NCBI GenBank assembly: GCA_958426425.1
Contig: CATZYY010000002.1
Span: forward strand, 920 to 64,919
Source of the DNA: an uncultured Oscillospiraceae bacterium
Lineage (GTDB): Bacteria; Bacillota; Clostridia; Oscillospirales; Oscillospiraceae
DNA length: 64,000 nucleotides
Direction of reading: 5' to 3'
The notes beneath the pieces are model-generated. The model did no database searches. It was given only the letters and a program-made list of their open reading frames with translations, and was not told the origin of the DNA. This document shows, piece after piece, positions 9,080 to 18,828 of this stretch; within the stretch, counting starts at the first letter, position 1, and each line of letters starts with the position of its first letter. Position numbers and translations under genes: made by a program.

Positions 9080-9718
9080 TCATCCCTCCAGCTTCTGCCG
9101 CAGGGTACTCCACCACTCCACCGCCTTGAATTTCAGCTGATAGCCCTGGTCGGCCTCAGTGATAAGGGACACCTGGTCCTCGCTGAGCCCCGCCGCCACA
9201 GCCACCGTCGGCACATCCGCCGACGCGGCGGCGCACAGGGGCGGAAACACCACACACCACCAATTCTGTCCCGATCCGGCGCCGATGACCACCCGCAGTG
9301 CCAGATACTCCCCGGCAGGCAGGGCAAAACCGTCGTACTCCCGGGTGGGGAACGATGTCTCCTCCAGCCGGGCGGTAACGGAGTAGTCATACCCGGCGGC
9401 GGCAATGGTCTCCTCCGCCGCCTGCTCCAGCTCCGGCAAAGCCGCCGTCAGAGCGGCCCTTGCCTCCTCCCGGTCGGAGGAATCCTCCAGTACCGGCTCC
9501 GCCACCTTCAGGATCTGGTCCCGTACCTTCAGTTTCAGGGCCTGGTCCGCTTCTGAGTCGGAATTTGCCAGCACATGGAGGCGCACCACCCGGTCTGCCA
9601 GCTCCCGCTGGGTTCCCAGGCTCCCGGCACCCCAAATCAACGCCGCCGCAACGCCTATCAGCAGGGCAATCTCCAACTGCCGCAGCTTCCGACCGGCAGA
9701 GGGTTGTTTTGTTTTCAT
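9080..9718 (-). CDS. spoIIR: Stage II sporulation protein R
   Basis: VRLHVLANSDS..DQALKLKVRD, FPTREY, G.GQNWWCVVFPPLC. Confidence 0.95.
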   Translation of the reverse strand: MKTKQPSAGRKLRQLEIALLIGVAAALIWGAGSLGTQRELADRVVRLHVLANSDSEADQALKLKVRDQILKVAEPVLEDSSDREEARAALTAALPELEQAAEETIAAAGYDYSVTARLEETSFPTREYDGFALPAGEYLALRVVIGAGSGQNWWCVVFPPLCAAASADVPTVAVAAGLSEDQVSLITEADQGYQLKFKAVEWWSTLRQKLEG

Positions 9719-9770
9719 ACCGTATCCATCCTTTTGTGCTATGTAGGCCGCTGAGAGGCGGCTTTGGCAC

Positions 9771-9800
9771 AATCATGGACAGATACGGCGGTTTTTATAC
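9771..9800 (-). promoter_or_regulatory. Sigma-F-type promoter of spoIIR
   Basis: GTATA-15 bp-GTCCATGATT on minus strand; spoIIR is a known sigma-F target. Confidence 0.65.
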
Positions 9801-10679
9801 CGCCTTACGAAATCTTTTCAGAGGCTCCGCCAAATACGTCTGGGGATACCGCTCCACCAGAGCCCGGCAGGCCACCCGGGCCGCCGCCCGGTTGGGGAAA
9901 ATGCCAAACACCGTGGGCCCGGAGCCGCTCATGGCAGCCCCTAGTGCCCCCTGCCGCAGCAGAGTATGCTTGATGGCCCCCACGGCCTCCGCCTCGTTTC
10001 CCTCCAGCACCGCCTCAAAGACGTTGCCCAGCCGGGCGGTGACACCGGTCAGGTCTCCCTGCTCCAGCGCCGCCATCATGCCGTCCACATCGGGACGGAC
10101 CCCCAGATCCTGCCGGTCCACCCGGGCGAACAGGGCAGGGGTGGGCAGGTCAAAATTGGGTTTACATAATACAAATGCGCATTTGGGCAGCGGGGGCAGG
10201 TCTGTCAGCACCTCTCCCCTTCCCTCCACAAGGCAGGTACCGCCCCGGAGGCAGAAGGGCACATCGCTGCCGACTTTGGCGCCGATAGACTCCAGCTCCT
10301 CCATGGGCATCTCGGGGCAGTACATACTCCGCAGGGCCCGCAGCACCGCCGCAATATCGGCGCTGCCGCCGCCAAGGCCCGCGTAAGCGGGAATGCGCTT
10401 TTCCAGGCGCACCGCCAACCCCGGCACCGGGCGGCCCAGAGCGTCGAAGAAGGCCTCCGCCGCCTGCTGCTCCAGGGATTTGCGGTCCGGCGGCAGCTCG
10501 ATTCCCTGTGCCGTCAGAGAAAAGCCCGCCGATGTCTCCGCCACGGTGACGGTGAGGGTATCTCCCAGGGAGACGGTCTGCATCACCATGCGCATGTCAT
10601 GGTAGCCGTCCTCCCGGCGGCCCAGAATGTCCAGGGCCAGATTCACTTTGGCATAGGTCTCCAGGGCGATGGTCTCCAT
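9795..10679 (-). CDS. ispE: 4-diphosphocytidyl-2-C-methyl-D-erythritol kinase
   Basis: AKVNL.LD, DGYH, AGLGGGSAD, GSDVPF, MSGSGPTV. Confidence 0.97.
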   Translation of the reverse strand: METIALETYAKVNLALDILGRREDGYHDMRMVMQTVSLGDTLTVTVAETSAGFSLTAQGIELPPDRKSLEQQAAEAFFDALGRPVPGLAVRLEKRIPAYAGLGGGSADIAAVLRALRSMYCPEMPMEELESIGAKVGSDVPFCLRGGTCLVEGRGEVLTDLPPLPKCAFVLCKPNFDLPTPALFARVDRQDLGVRPDVDGMMAALEQGDLTGVTARLGNVFEAVLEGNEAEAVGAIKHTLLRQGALGAAMSGSGPTVFGIFPNRAAARVACRALVERYPQTYLAEPLKRFRKAV

Positions 10680-10754
10680 AGGCGCCTCCTTTCGGGCACG
10701 GGGCCCGTTTTTTCTGATACCAGTATATCATATCTCCCGCTTGGGGAAAAGTAC

Positions 10755-10790
10755 AAAAAGCGGCACCGCGGGCTTTCGTCCGCGGTGCCG
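10755..10790 (-). terminator. Intrinsic terminator after the DUF1015 gene
   Basis: cggcaccgcgg..ccgcggtgccg hairpin with U tract on minus strand. Confidence 0.7.
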
Positions 10791-10801
10791 AAGCAGGGGT
10801 G

Positions 10802-12082
10802 TTATTTGATCTTCCGGGCCTCCACATAGTATCGCTTATCCTGAGCATGGCCCATGGAGAAGGTCTTCCGGGGCAGCACACCGTCGGCCATGACGGTTTT
10901 GAACAGCTGCTCCTTGCCCATGGCCGGCAGCAAAAAGCCCATGTTGCCGGGCTTGGACCCCAAATCCTTGGTGACATCGTCGCCATGGATGTAGTCCACC
11001 TCGCCGCCGTTGGCTTTCAGATAATCGTCGATGACCGCCTGAAGGGTGCCCACCGCCAGCTGGACCTTGGGGTCCGGCACGGTGATGAAGCCATCGTGGC
11101 CCTCCCAGACCACCTCAATGACGTGGCCATCGCCCTTGCCCTCGTAGGCGTTGGGATAGGCAGCCCGGAAGGCGGCCATAAAGGCCTCCCGGTCCACGTT
11201 GAACAGAACGCGGTGGATGGGCTCGAACTGGAGGGCGTCGTCGTGGTTGTTGACCACCTCCACCAGGGCATACCGGGCGGGCAGCGCAGCCCATTCGCTC
11301 TCCGGTGTGACCTTCTTCAGATTCTCATAGCACTGCTTGGCGGTGGCCAGAGAGTGGTTGCCGTCACCCACGGCAAACAGCAGCGGCGCCACGCCCTTCA
11401 TGCCGTATTTCTTCTCCATCTCGCTGTCGGAAGTCAGGCCCTCCAGGGCCGCCGCCACGGCGTCCATCTGGGCATCCGTCAGTTTCCATCCCTTCAGGTG
11501 GCCGCCGCCCTGCTGGAGGTCAAAATCGTACAGGGCCTCCATGGCGCCGCTGGCGGCGGTCAGGGGCTCGATAACGGTGCCCTCCGGGTCGTCGATCAGC
11601 AGCATCACGTGGGGCAGCTCGATGGGGGCGTCCTGCCGCACCTTCACCCGAGGCGGAATGCGGGAGAGGACCGTACCCTCGGTGGCCCGGATCAGGGCGC
11701 CGGAGCCGGGGGTGAAGTCGTACTGGTCCAGGTCCACCATGCCGATCAGGCCGTGGCGCACCTTGCCGTCGGACTGGGTGCGCTCGATGTAAATGAGAGA
11801 CGCCGGCAGCGTCTTGAACACGTCCCGGTCCAGGTAATCCTGCATGGCGCCGTTGATGGCGGCGATATCGCCGTCCACATTGGGGCCGTTCAGCTTGGCC
11901 TCCGGCAGAATCAGCCGCAAAGTGGAGGGCGCGTCAGCCACAGTCTGCTCCACGGCCTCCCAGTACTCCGGCTGGGAAGTGAACTGGTCGCAGGCCACCA
12001 CGGCCCACTTGGTCATATCCGCTTCTTTGGGCAGTAAAATATCGGCGGGACAAAAGCCCAGCTTCTCAAAGGTTGGATTCAT
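10802..12082 (-). CDS. DUF1015 family protein
   Basis: VVACDQFTS, IRATEGT, VGDGNHSLA, PIHR, LPRKTFS. Confidence 0.85.
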   Translation of the reverse strand: MNPTFEKLGFCPADILLPKEADMTKWAVVACDQFTSQPEYWEAVEQTVADAPSTLRLILPEAKLNGPNVDGDIAAINGAMQDYLDRDVFKTLPASLIYIERTQSDGKVRHGLIGMVDLDQYDFTPGSGALIRATEGTVLSRIPPRVKVRQDAPIELPHVMLLIDDPEGTVIEPLTAASGAMEALYDFDLQQGGGHLKGWKLTDAQMDAVAAALEGLTSDSEMEKKYGMKGVAPLLFAVGDGNHSLATAKQCYENLKKVTPESEWAALPARYALVEVVNNHDDALQFEPIHRVLFNVDREAFMAAFRAAYPNAYEGKGDGHVIEVVWEGHDGFITVPDPKVQLAVGTLQAVIDDYLKANGGEVDYIHGDDVTKDLGSKPGNMGFLLPAMGKEQLFKTVMADGVLPRKTFSMGHAQDKRYYVEARKIK

Positions 12083-12100
12083 GCGGCATCTCCCTTTCTG

Positions 12101-12244
12101 TTATTTTTTTCGAAATTCTTCAATGGTTTTGACAAGGATATAGACAATAACCCCCACGCTGCAGGCCAATGCCGGCAGCGTGTAAAGGACGAGGGTCGGT
12201 TTGCCCAACAGCTCCCTGGCGGCGGACCAGAACCAGCTCTCCAC
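12101..12244 (-). CDS. Small 47-aa single-pass membrane protein (absent from ORF track)
   Basis: GGGGAGG RBS, GTG start, MESWFWSAARELLGKPTLVLYTLPALACSVGVIVYILVKTIEEFRKK*; fills the thrH-DUF1015 gap. Confidence 0.65.
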   Translation of the reverse strand: MESWFWSAARELLGKPTLVLYTLPALACSVGVIVYILVKTIEEFRKK

Positions 12245-12264
12245 GGCGTCCTCCCCTTCCCCCG

Positions 12265-12864
12265 TTACAGTGCGGCCTTAATGGCGGCCAGGAACTCGTC
12301 AAATTCCTCGTAGGCGGGCAGCTCCGGGTGGTCGGCCTTGATCTTCTCGGTGCTCTTGAACAGGAACCCAGCCTTGCTGGCCTGGATCATGCCCAGGTCG
12401 TTGTAGCTGTCACCGGCGGCAATGGTCTCGTAGCCGATGGACTGCAGGGCCTTCACCGTGGTCAGCTTGGACTGCTGGCAGCGCATCTTGAAGCCGGTGA
12501 TCTCCCCGTCAGGGGCCACCTCCAGCGAGTTGCAGAAGATGGTGGGCCAGCCCAGCTTTTTCATCAGGGGCTTTGCAAACTCCTCAAAGGTATCGCTGAG
12601 GATCAGCACCTGGGTCACGGAGCGCAGCTCGTCCAAAAACTCCTTGGCGCCGGGCAGCGGGTCGATCTTGGCGATGGTGTCCTGAATCTCCTTCAGGCCC
12701 AGACCGTGCTCTTTCAAAATCCCCAAACGATAGCGCATCAGCTTATCGTAATCGGGCTCGTCCCGGGTGGTGCGGCGCAGCTCCGGAATGCCGCTGGCTT
12801 CGGAAAAGGCGATCCAGATTTCGGGCACCAGGACGCCCTCCATGTCCAAGCATACAATATTCAT
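12265..12864 (-). CDS. thrH: Phosphoserine phosphatase / homoserine phosphotransferase (HAD)
   Basis: CLDMEGVLVPEIW, TTRDEPDY, AGDSYND. Confidence 0.94.
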   Translation of the reverse strand: MNIVCLDMEGVLVPEIWIAFSEASGIPELRRTTRDEPDYDKLMRYRLGILKEHGLGLKEIQDTIAKIDPLPGAKEFLDELRSVTQVLILSDTFEEFAKPLMKKLGWPTIFCNSLEVAPDGEITGFKMRCQQSKLTTVKALQSIGYETIAAGDSYNDLGMIQASKAGFLFKSTEKIKADHPELPAYEEFDEFLAAIKAAL

Positions 12865-13009
12865 AGCGTCTCCTTTATGTATCCATGATTTGTGGAGCCC
12901 GCCTCTTCCTCGTGGCAACTGGGCAAACCTCCACTATTACGCTGATTATACAATACCCCGCCCTGTTTTTTCAATGAAATTTATAAATTTTGCCTTGGAG
13001 CGCAAAGTT

Positions 13010-13039
13010 GTATACCCTCTTTTCCCAATGGACACACTA
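13010..13039 (+). promoter_or_regulatory. Sigma-F/G-type forespore promoter
   Basis: GTATA-15 bp-GGACACACTA upstream of the DUF378 gene. Confidence 0.7.
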
Positions 13040-13081
13040 GAGGCAAATCCTTACCGAAAGGCAAGATTGGAGGTTTAACAC

Positions 13082-13300
13082 ATGGTGATTGACAAAATTG
13101 CGCTGACGCTGGCGATCATCGGCGCCCTGAACTGGGGCGGCATCGGCCTGTTCGGCTTTGACACGGTGGCCTTCCTCTGCGGCGGCCAGATGGCAGTCTT
13201 AGCCCGGGTGATTTACGCTCTGGTGGGTCTGGCGGGCCTGTGGTGCATCACACTTCTGTTCCGCAATGGTGAAGAGACAGGACACGCCCATACCGCCTAA
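13082..13300 (+). CDS. DUF378 small membrane protein (YuzA-like)
   Basis: IIGALNWG.IGLFGFD.V, RVIYALVGLAG. Confidence 0.92.
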   Translation: MVIDKIALTLAIIGALNWGGIGLFGFDTVAFLCGGQMAVLARVIYALVGLAGLWCITLLFRNGEETGHAHTA

Positions 13301-13317
13301 AATTCGTAACCAAAAAG

Positions 13318-13371
13318 CACATGAACAAAAGCCCCTTTCAGTTTTCACTGAAAGGGGCTTTTGTTCATGTG
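13318..13371. terminator. Long perfect inverted repeat / bidirectional terminator
   Basis: cacatgaacaaaagcccctttcag / ctgaaaggggcttttgttcatgtg, 24-bp stem. Confidence 0.8.
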
Positions 13372-13380
13372 ACCATGCAA

Positions 13381-14058
13381 TCAGCTCAAGACCTCTATGC
13401 TGTCATCTTCCCCGATGGCCAGCTTGATATACTTCATGGCATCACCGTCATAAATGCTGTAAACACCCAGAAAGGCGGTGTGGGGAGCCAGTTCCGCTTT
13501 GCTGTAAGTGGTGCCGTTGAAGACCACATCCGGCCCATCGGTCACCACGCCAAAGGCGGATTCCGTCTCCACAACGACCCCGTCGCAGGCCGCAAACACC
13601 TTTACCAGGTTATCTTCCAGAGTGAGTTCCTTTGAGGAGCCGGGAGTAGCTTCCTTGCAGGTCACAACAGCGCCGTCACCGAACGAACAGCCTTCGCCCA
13701 AGCTGACCATGGCGTGATAGTCGCCCACAATGGTGAGGCCTTCATTGAAAATACAGTTATCAAAGTAGATGTTGCTGCGCAGATCAAGGGAGCCGTCACG
13801 GGTGCTGTCGGCATCCACCGTGACGGTGACCATCTGATCGAACGTCACATCATAGACCTCGGGCTGCTCTCCGGCTTTTAGCTGATAGTCGTACTGTACT
13901 TGGTCAGCTTCTCCAAGTGTGTCCTCCGCCTGAGCGGCATCGGAAGAATCCGTCTGCGACGTCTGAGAGTCGTCGGTCTGTTGCGTGTCTGCGCCGGAGC
14001 AGGCGCAAAGGGCCAGCAGCATGGCTGCCACCAGAAATACAGCTATCTTTTTCATCAT
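13381..14058 (-). CDS. Hypothetical acidic lipoprotein
   Basis: Signal peptide with lipobox LCAC, D/S/Q/T-rich linker, beta-rich C-terminal part. Confidence 0.8.
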   Translation of the reverse strand: MMKKIAVFLVAAMLLALCACSGADTQQTDDSQTSQTDSSDAAQAEDTLGEADQVQYDYQLKAGEQPEVYDVTFDQMVTVTVDADSTRDGSLDLRSNIYFDNCIFNEGLTIVGDYHAMVSLGEGCSFGDGAVVTCKEATPGSSKELTLEDNLVKVFAACDGVVVETESAFGVVTDGPDVVFNGTTYSKAELAPHTAFLGVYSIYDGDAMKYIKLAIGEDDSIEVLS

Positions 14059-14136
14059 CAAATATCCTTTCTGTTTGAAATATTCTGCCGCAGCTGCAAA
14101 TTCGCCGGGCGGAGTTTCCGTGCTTGTCTTTCGGAA

Positions 14137-15534
14137 CTAGGCTTTTCCGCTGCCGCCGCAGACCCTGCATTTCCCGGGAGAGGCACAGTCGGTACAGTCC
14201 TGAATCACATATTCCCGGGTGCCGGCCAGCCAATTGGACACCGTCCCGGTGCCGCCGCAAGTGGGACATTTTCCGTTTCCGCCGCAGTTCCAGCAGTTCT
14301 CTTCTCCGCCGGAGGAGGCGGAGGTACTCTGGGTCTCGTAGGGCGCCACTTCCCTGGTGGTTCGGTCCCCTGTATCCATATAATCCAAGCCGTCTGCTAC
14401 CCGGATGTGGACTTCGCCCGTTGTCCCATCCGGATGGAGATCCAACACATAAAGGGCGATTCCCTCTCCGTCCGAGCCGTCCATAAAGTCCTCATCATAA
14501 GTCCCCGCCGACCCGGAACCGGTGTAGTCAAAGGAATACCGGTAGGAATCGATGCTGCTGATTACCTTTTCACCGCGAATGGAAAAATGGTATGTATCCT
14601 GAAGGAGCTTCAGGTACTCGTCCATCGTCTTACCGTTATACTTCCAAAAGTAGATGTACTCCGTATAGTCCGAATACTCCGTCACACCGTGCACATGCAG
14701 GTTGTTGTTGCAGAAGGCCTGGAAATCCGGCACCGCCGTGTCCGTAATCACCGGCGCCGGATCATCCTCCGGCTCCTGAGCGGCGTCCGATACGGCTGCT
14801 GATTCCTCTGCGGACGGCTGGGCTTCCTCCGGATCCGTTTCCTCACCGGCATCACCGCCCGCCGGAAGTGCGCCGGAGTATGTCTGCGTGGGAATGGCGT
14901 CAATCCTGTCAAGACCGTATCCATAGGGCAGCGTCAGGAAAAACCGCTGCTCCGCGGGATAGTAATGGATGAACATCTCCCGCGAACCACTGTTCAGCAG
15001 GGAATACCGCCCAAAGTCCGCCTCCAACCGGTACCGGTCGCCGATGTAGGCGCCTCTGCCGTCTTCCAGAGAAACCTCGATTCCCTGCTGCTCCAGCAAA
15101 GCGGCATATGCCTCCATGGCTTTCCAGGCTGTGTCGGCATCCATGCCGCTGGGTGCGGTTTCATCGAAAGAGTAATCATAGCTACCCTCATAGGGGCCAT
15201 CCTCCCACTCCAGTCCGAAGAACACGGCTGGATCGGAACACTTCAAATCTCGGCCAGACATAACCGAATTGATCAGCAGGATTACTCCAAACACAGCCGC
15301 CACGCCGATTACAGGGAGAATCATGGTCCATCTCTTTCGGCCGGATCCCTCTCCCAATTTGCCGGAGGGCCGCCTTTTTAGGCTAGCATTCTCCCCAATC
15401 ATACCGTCATCGGCCGGAGACCCCCCCCGCTCCTGCCGTGTGCTTTCAGACGAACCGATTGTCTGACTCGCCCCGCAATGTGGGCAGAATTTGCATTCAT
15501 TAGGCAATTCTCTTCCGCATTGGATACAATACAT
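14137..15534 (-). CDS. Zinc-ribbon membrane protein with C-terminal CxxCxGxG repeats
   Basis: MYCIQCG..FCPHCG, one TM, C-terminal CWNCGGNGKCPTCGGTG..CTDC..GKCRVCGGSG. Confidence 0.8.
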   Translation of the reverse strand: MYCIQCGRELPNECKFCPHCGASQTIGSSESTRQERGGSPADDGMIGENASLKRRPSGKLGEGSGRKRWTMILPVIGVAAVFGVILLINSVMSGRDLKCSDPAVFFGLEWEDGPYEGSYDYSFDETAPSGMDADTAWKAMEAYAALLEQQGIEVSLEDGRGAYIGDRYRLEADFGRYSLLNSGSREMFIHYYPAEQRFFLTLPYGYGLDRIDAIPTQTYSGALPAGGDAGEETDPEEAQPSAEESAAVSDAAQEPEDDPAPVITDTAVPDFQAFCNNNLHVHGVTEYSDYTEYIYFWKYNGKTMDEYLKLLQDTYHFSIRGEKVISSIDSYRYSFDYTGSGSAGTYDEDFMDGSDGEGIALYVLDLHPDGTTGEVHIRVADGLDYMDTGDRTTREVAPYETQSTSASSGGEENCWNCGGNGKCPTCGGTGTVSNWLAGTREYVIQDCTDCASPGKCRVCGGSGKA

Positions 15535-15668
15535 GCTCCGCTCTCCTTTACCTCATACCTGCCCGCCATTGAAAATGGCTGCCGGGGATTTTCCCCCGCT
15601 TTTTAATCGGTTGAAATCGCTCTTAGTATACCATGACATGGATTTCCTGTGGTGCGCAGACAGCACAC

Positions 15669-17573
15669 TTACTCCCGATAGATGATCTCAAAGGAGGCTT
15701 GGGGCAACTGCTCCTGGGCCAAGGGGCGGTGGCGAGGGCTCAATATCAGCTGGGTAAGCCAGGGGCACTCCAGCAGCGGCGTCAGATCGGTGATGGCATT
15801 TTCCCGCAGGTCCAGGTACGTCAGTGCCTGCATGGTCGGAAGAAACGACAGATTCTTTGTCCCGGTCTCCCCCAGATTGACACTGCGCAGGGCAGAAAGG
15901 CCGGTCAAGGCCTCGGGGTGAGAGACCGTGCTGCCAAAGAAATCCACCTCCTGAAGCTGCTGAAAATCCGCAAAGTGGGACAGGTCCACCTGCGCCGTGG
16001 AGTAAAGGCGCAGCTCCTCCAGACTGGTCAACCCCGCTAAGGTCTCCACAGCCCCATCGGGCATGCTTCCTGTAATCAGCCGGGTAAGCCGCGGGCAGTC
16101 TTCCAGCGGCGTATAGTCCGTAACCCAGGTGGTTCGGATATTGATAAATTGGATGTTGCTGCCTGCAAATGCCTCCACAGAGGTAATGCCGGTGGCCTCC
16201 AGGCCCACCTCCCGGAGCGCCGGTAAATCCGCCAGCACGTCGGCGGAGCGCACGGGGTTCTCCCCCAAATCCACTGTTTGGAGGGTCTCACAGCCCTCCA
16301 GAGGGCTCAGATCAGAGATCTGGTTCCCCACAAGGCTCAGATACTCCAGGGGCAGCCCGGCCAAGGATGAGAGGTCCGTGATCTGCTGATAGTCCAGAAT
16401 CAGCACCCGCAGGTTGGGGCATTGGGTCAGGAGCGCCAGGTCCTGATCGTCGATATCTCCTCTGGTTGGCTCCACCACATAGAAGTCATGGGCGTTTTCC
16501 GCCAGCTGCTCGTGCTCCTGGAGCGTGCCTGGCAGTATCTCGCCGCACACCAGCAGCTGCTCCACCTCTTCCAGGCGGTCTGCCGGAATGGGCCCGTTTT
16601 CCGAAAGCCCCAGCTCCTGACGCAGAGCGGCCTCCATCAGATGAGATGCCGCAACCGTCCGGTGGGCCCATGGCCGCAAAGCAGCTAGAAGCACCACCGC
16701 ACATACCACAGCAGCCCCAACTACACCGGCCCGGCGCAGCCACCGTCCCTCCAATGCCCGGATCACAGCTTGGGCAGACGGATAGCGGTCCTCGGGATCA
16801 AAAGCTGTGCATTTCCGCACAATCCTCCCAAGGGTGCCCGACGCCCCAGCCAGCGGCCCATAGCTGCCTGAAAGGAGAAACCGCAGCAGCATACCTAAAC
16901 TGTATATGTCAGAGCGCTGATCCGTTTGCTGATAGCCGAACTGCTCCGGCGGAGCCGTGGTCTCTGTCCCTAAAAAGACAGTGTCCCCCCCCTGATCTGG
17001 CCGATACCGGCGGGCGGCACCCAGATCGATGAGATGGCAGCGACCGTTTCCATCCAGGACAACATTCTGCGGCTTCACATCCCGGCAGATGACAGGCGGA
17101 TTTTGGCTATGCAGGTCCTGAAGGACCTGACAGAGGGAGATGGCAACGGCCTTGGCCTGGGACTGTGGGAAAGGCCCCCGGTCCATCACCAGATCATACA
17201 GGCTGACACCCTCCACATATTCCCGCACCAGATACTCCCGTCCATGGGACTCCAGGTAGTCCAAGGCCCGGGGCAGCTGGGGATGATGGAGCTGACGCAG
17301 CAGCTCGTATTCCTGCCGCAGAGTGTCCTCTCTCCCCGCCGGCTGCACCTTCAGCACAGCGGGCCGTCCATCTTGGTCCTGGACCAGGTACACCTGCCGC
17401 TCACCGTCCTTGAGGCAGGCGACGGGACGGTACCGCTCCCCCAGCGCTTCTGGGCACACCTGAGAATGGAGGCCGCTCTCCTGATAGGCATGCAAAAAGG
17501 CCTCCCGCCCAGACGCCGTCCCGCTTTCCGCTCCACCCTGTCCAAGGGACAAAGCACCTGTTATTCTATGCAT
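15669..17573 (-). CDS. Ser/Thr protein kinase - TM - leucine-rich repeat protein
   Basis: AVLK, CRDVKPQN, DLG, APPE, SDIYSLG; TM AGVVGAAVVCAVVLLAAL; internalin-type LxxLxLxxNxIxDLxPL repeats. Confidence 0.88.
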   Translation of the reverse strand: MHRITGALSLGQGGAESGTASGREAFLHAYQESGLHSQVCPEALGERYRPVACLKDGERQVYLVQDQDGRPAVLKVQPAGREDTLRQEYELLRQLHHPQLPRALDYLESHGREYLVREYVEGVSLYDLVMDRGPFPQSQAKAVAISLCQVLQDLHSQNPPVICRDVKPQNVVLDGNGRCHLIDLGAARRYRPDQGGDTVFLGTETTAPPEQFGYQQTDQRSDIYSLGMLLRFLLSGSYGPLAGASGTLGRIVRKCTAFDPEDRYPSAQAVIRALEGRWLRRAGVVGAAVVCAVVLLAALRPWAHRTVAASHLMEAALRQELGLSENGPIPADRLEEVEQLLVCGEILPGTLQEHEQLAENAHDFYVVEPTRGDIDDQDLALLTQCPNLRVLILDYQQITDLSSLAGLPLEYLSLVGNQISDLSPLEGCETLQTVDLGENPVRSADVLADLPALREVGLEATGITSVEAFAGSNIQFINIRTTWVTDYTPLEDCPRLTRLITGSMPDGAVETLAGLTSLEELRLYSTAQVDLSHFADFQQLQEVDFFGSTVSHPEALTGLSALRSVNLGETGTKNLSFLPTMQALTYLDLRENAITDLTPLLECPWLTQLILSPRHRPLAQEQLPQASFEIIYRE

Positions 17574-17915
17574 ATTTTCTCACCACCAATGGATTCATTA
17601 TACAGGCCGGCAGGGAAAATGCAAAGAGAAACCTCCAAGCCGCTTTTTCCGGGCCATTCCATGGGGCGCCCTTGTTCTGTCAGATCGCGGTAAGCACGCA
17701 TCCCGACAGTCCGGGGTTTCCCCTCCAATACACAGCAAAGGACGGCGAGCGTTTCTCGCCCGCCGCCCTTACAGCACTGTTCTTCCATCCGCCGCCGTCT
17801 GTCGGGCGACACAATTTTAAAAAAATCTCCTAAATTCCCAGTGATATCCGTTGTTTCTCCCCCAGCCGTTTCCAACTCGCCGCCAAAACGCTCAATCACG
17901 CATCTTCGCGGCACT

Positions 17916-18694
17916 TTATGGATGCTCTTTGATATCGTAAATCTTCCATTGGCCGCTCTTGCCCCGGGCCGCCTTCCACAGCGACTCGCCCCGGAAGCTC
18001 CCGGTGATCACCTCGCCGCTCTCATCCAGCCCCTCCTGCGTGTAATAGACCCAGATCAGCCCCTGGTCGGATGTAAAATGTGCCGACAGCAGCTCCAGCG
18101 TGTGCCGTTCCGCCACCACATCCTTATAAACGTCTGTGCAATAGGTATATTGACTCAGTTTTCCATAGGCGCTTCTTGCCTGCGTCTTTGTCAGGCCAAT
18201 GCTGGAGAAGGCCTCCTCCGCAGGTCCATGATGGGCTGGGCTGTGCGGCGGTCCTCCCGGGAGCCGACGGTAAACAGGGCCGCCGCCTCCCCGGTGGTGT
18301 GATAGTTCATCTTCCACACGCGGAACAGATGGTCCAGCGGAACATAGTGCGCCGCCAGCAGCAAACACGCCGTCAGCACCGCCGCAATTCCCACCTTCAG
18401 CATCCTGCGCCGACTCTGATGCCTTGCCGTTTGCAGCGTCTGGGCATAGACCTCCGCCAGTTCCTGTTTGGGCAGGGGCTGCTCCTGCCGCTGACAGCGC
18501 ATCAGCTCCAAAACGCTCAGATCCAATGCGTCTGCCAGCTCCTCCACCTTGGCAATATCCGGCAGGGATTTTCCCCGTTCCCATTTGCTCACCGCCGCCG
18601 AGGATACATGCAGGCGCTGAGCCAGCTGTTCCTGGGTCATCCCCCTTTCCAGCCGCGCCTCTTTTAAAAACGGCCCAAAGGTTACCGCATCCAC
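17916..18694 (-). pseudogene. XRE/HTH membrane regulator split by a frameshift near 18220
   Basis: HTH MTQEQLAQRLHVSSAAVSKWERG and TM in one frame; protein-like C-terminus (AEEAFSS..WKIYDIKEHP) in another; adding one G at ATG GAC CTG^CG fuses them. Confidence 0.7.
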
Positions 18695-18828
18695 ATCCAT
18701 CGCCTCCAAGGCCATCATACCATGGCTCCGGGCAATTTGTAAAACAACCAGCGGTTGAAATGGGCACGGTGTGGATTCATTCACCGGAAAACCTCCTGTT
18801 AAGCCGTCTCTTTTTCCAAAACGGCAGA

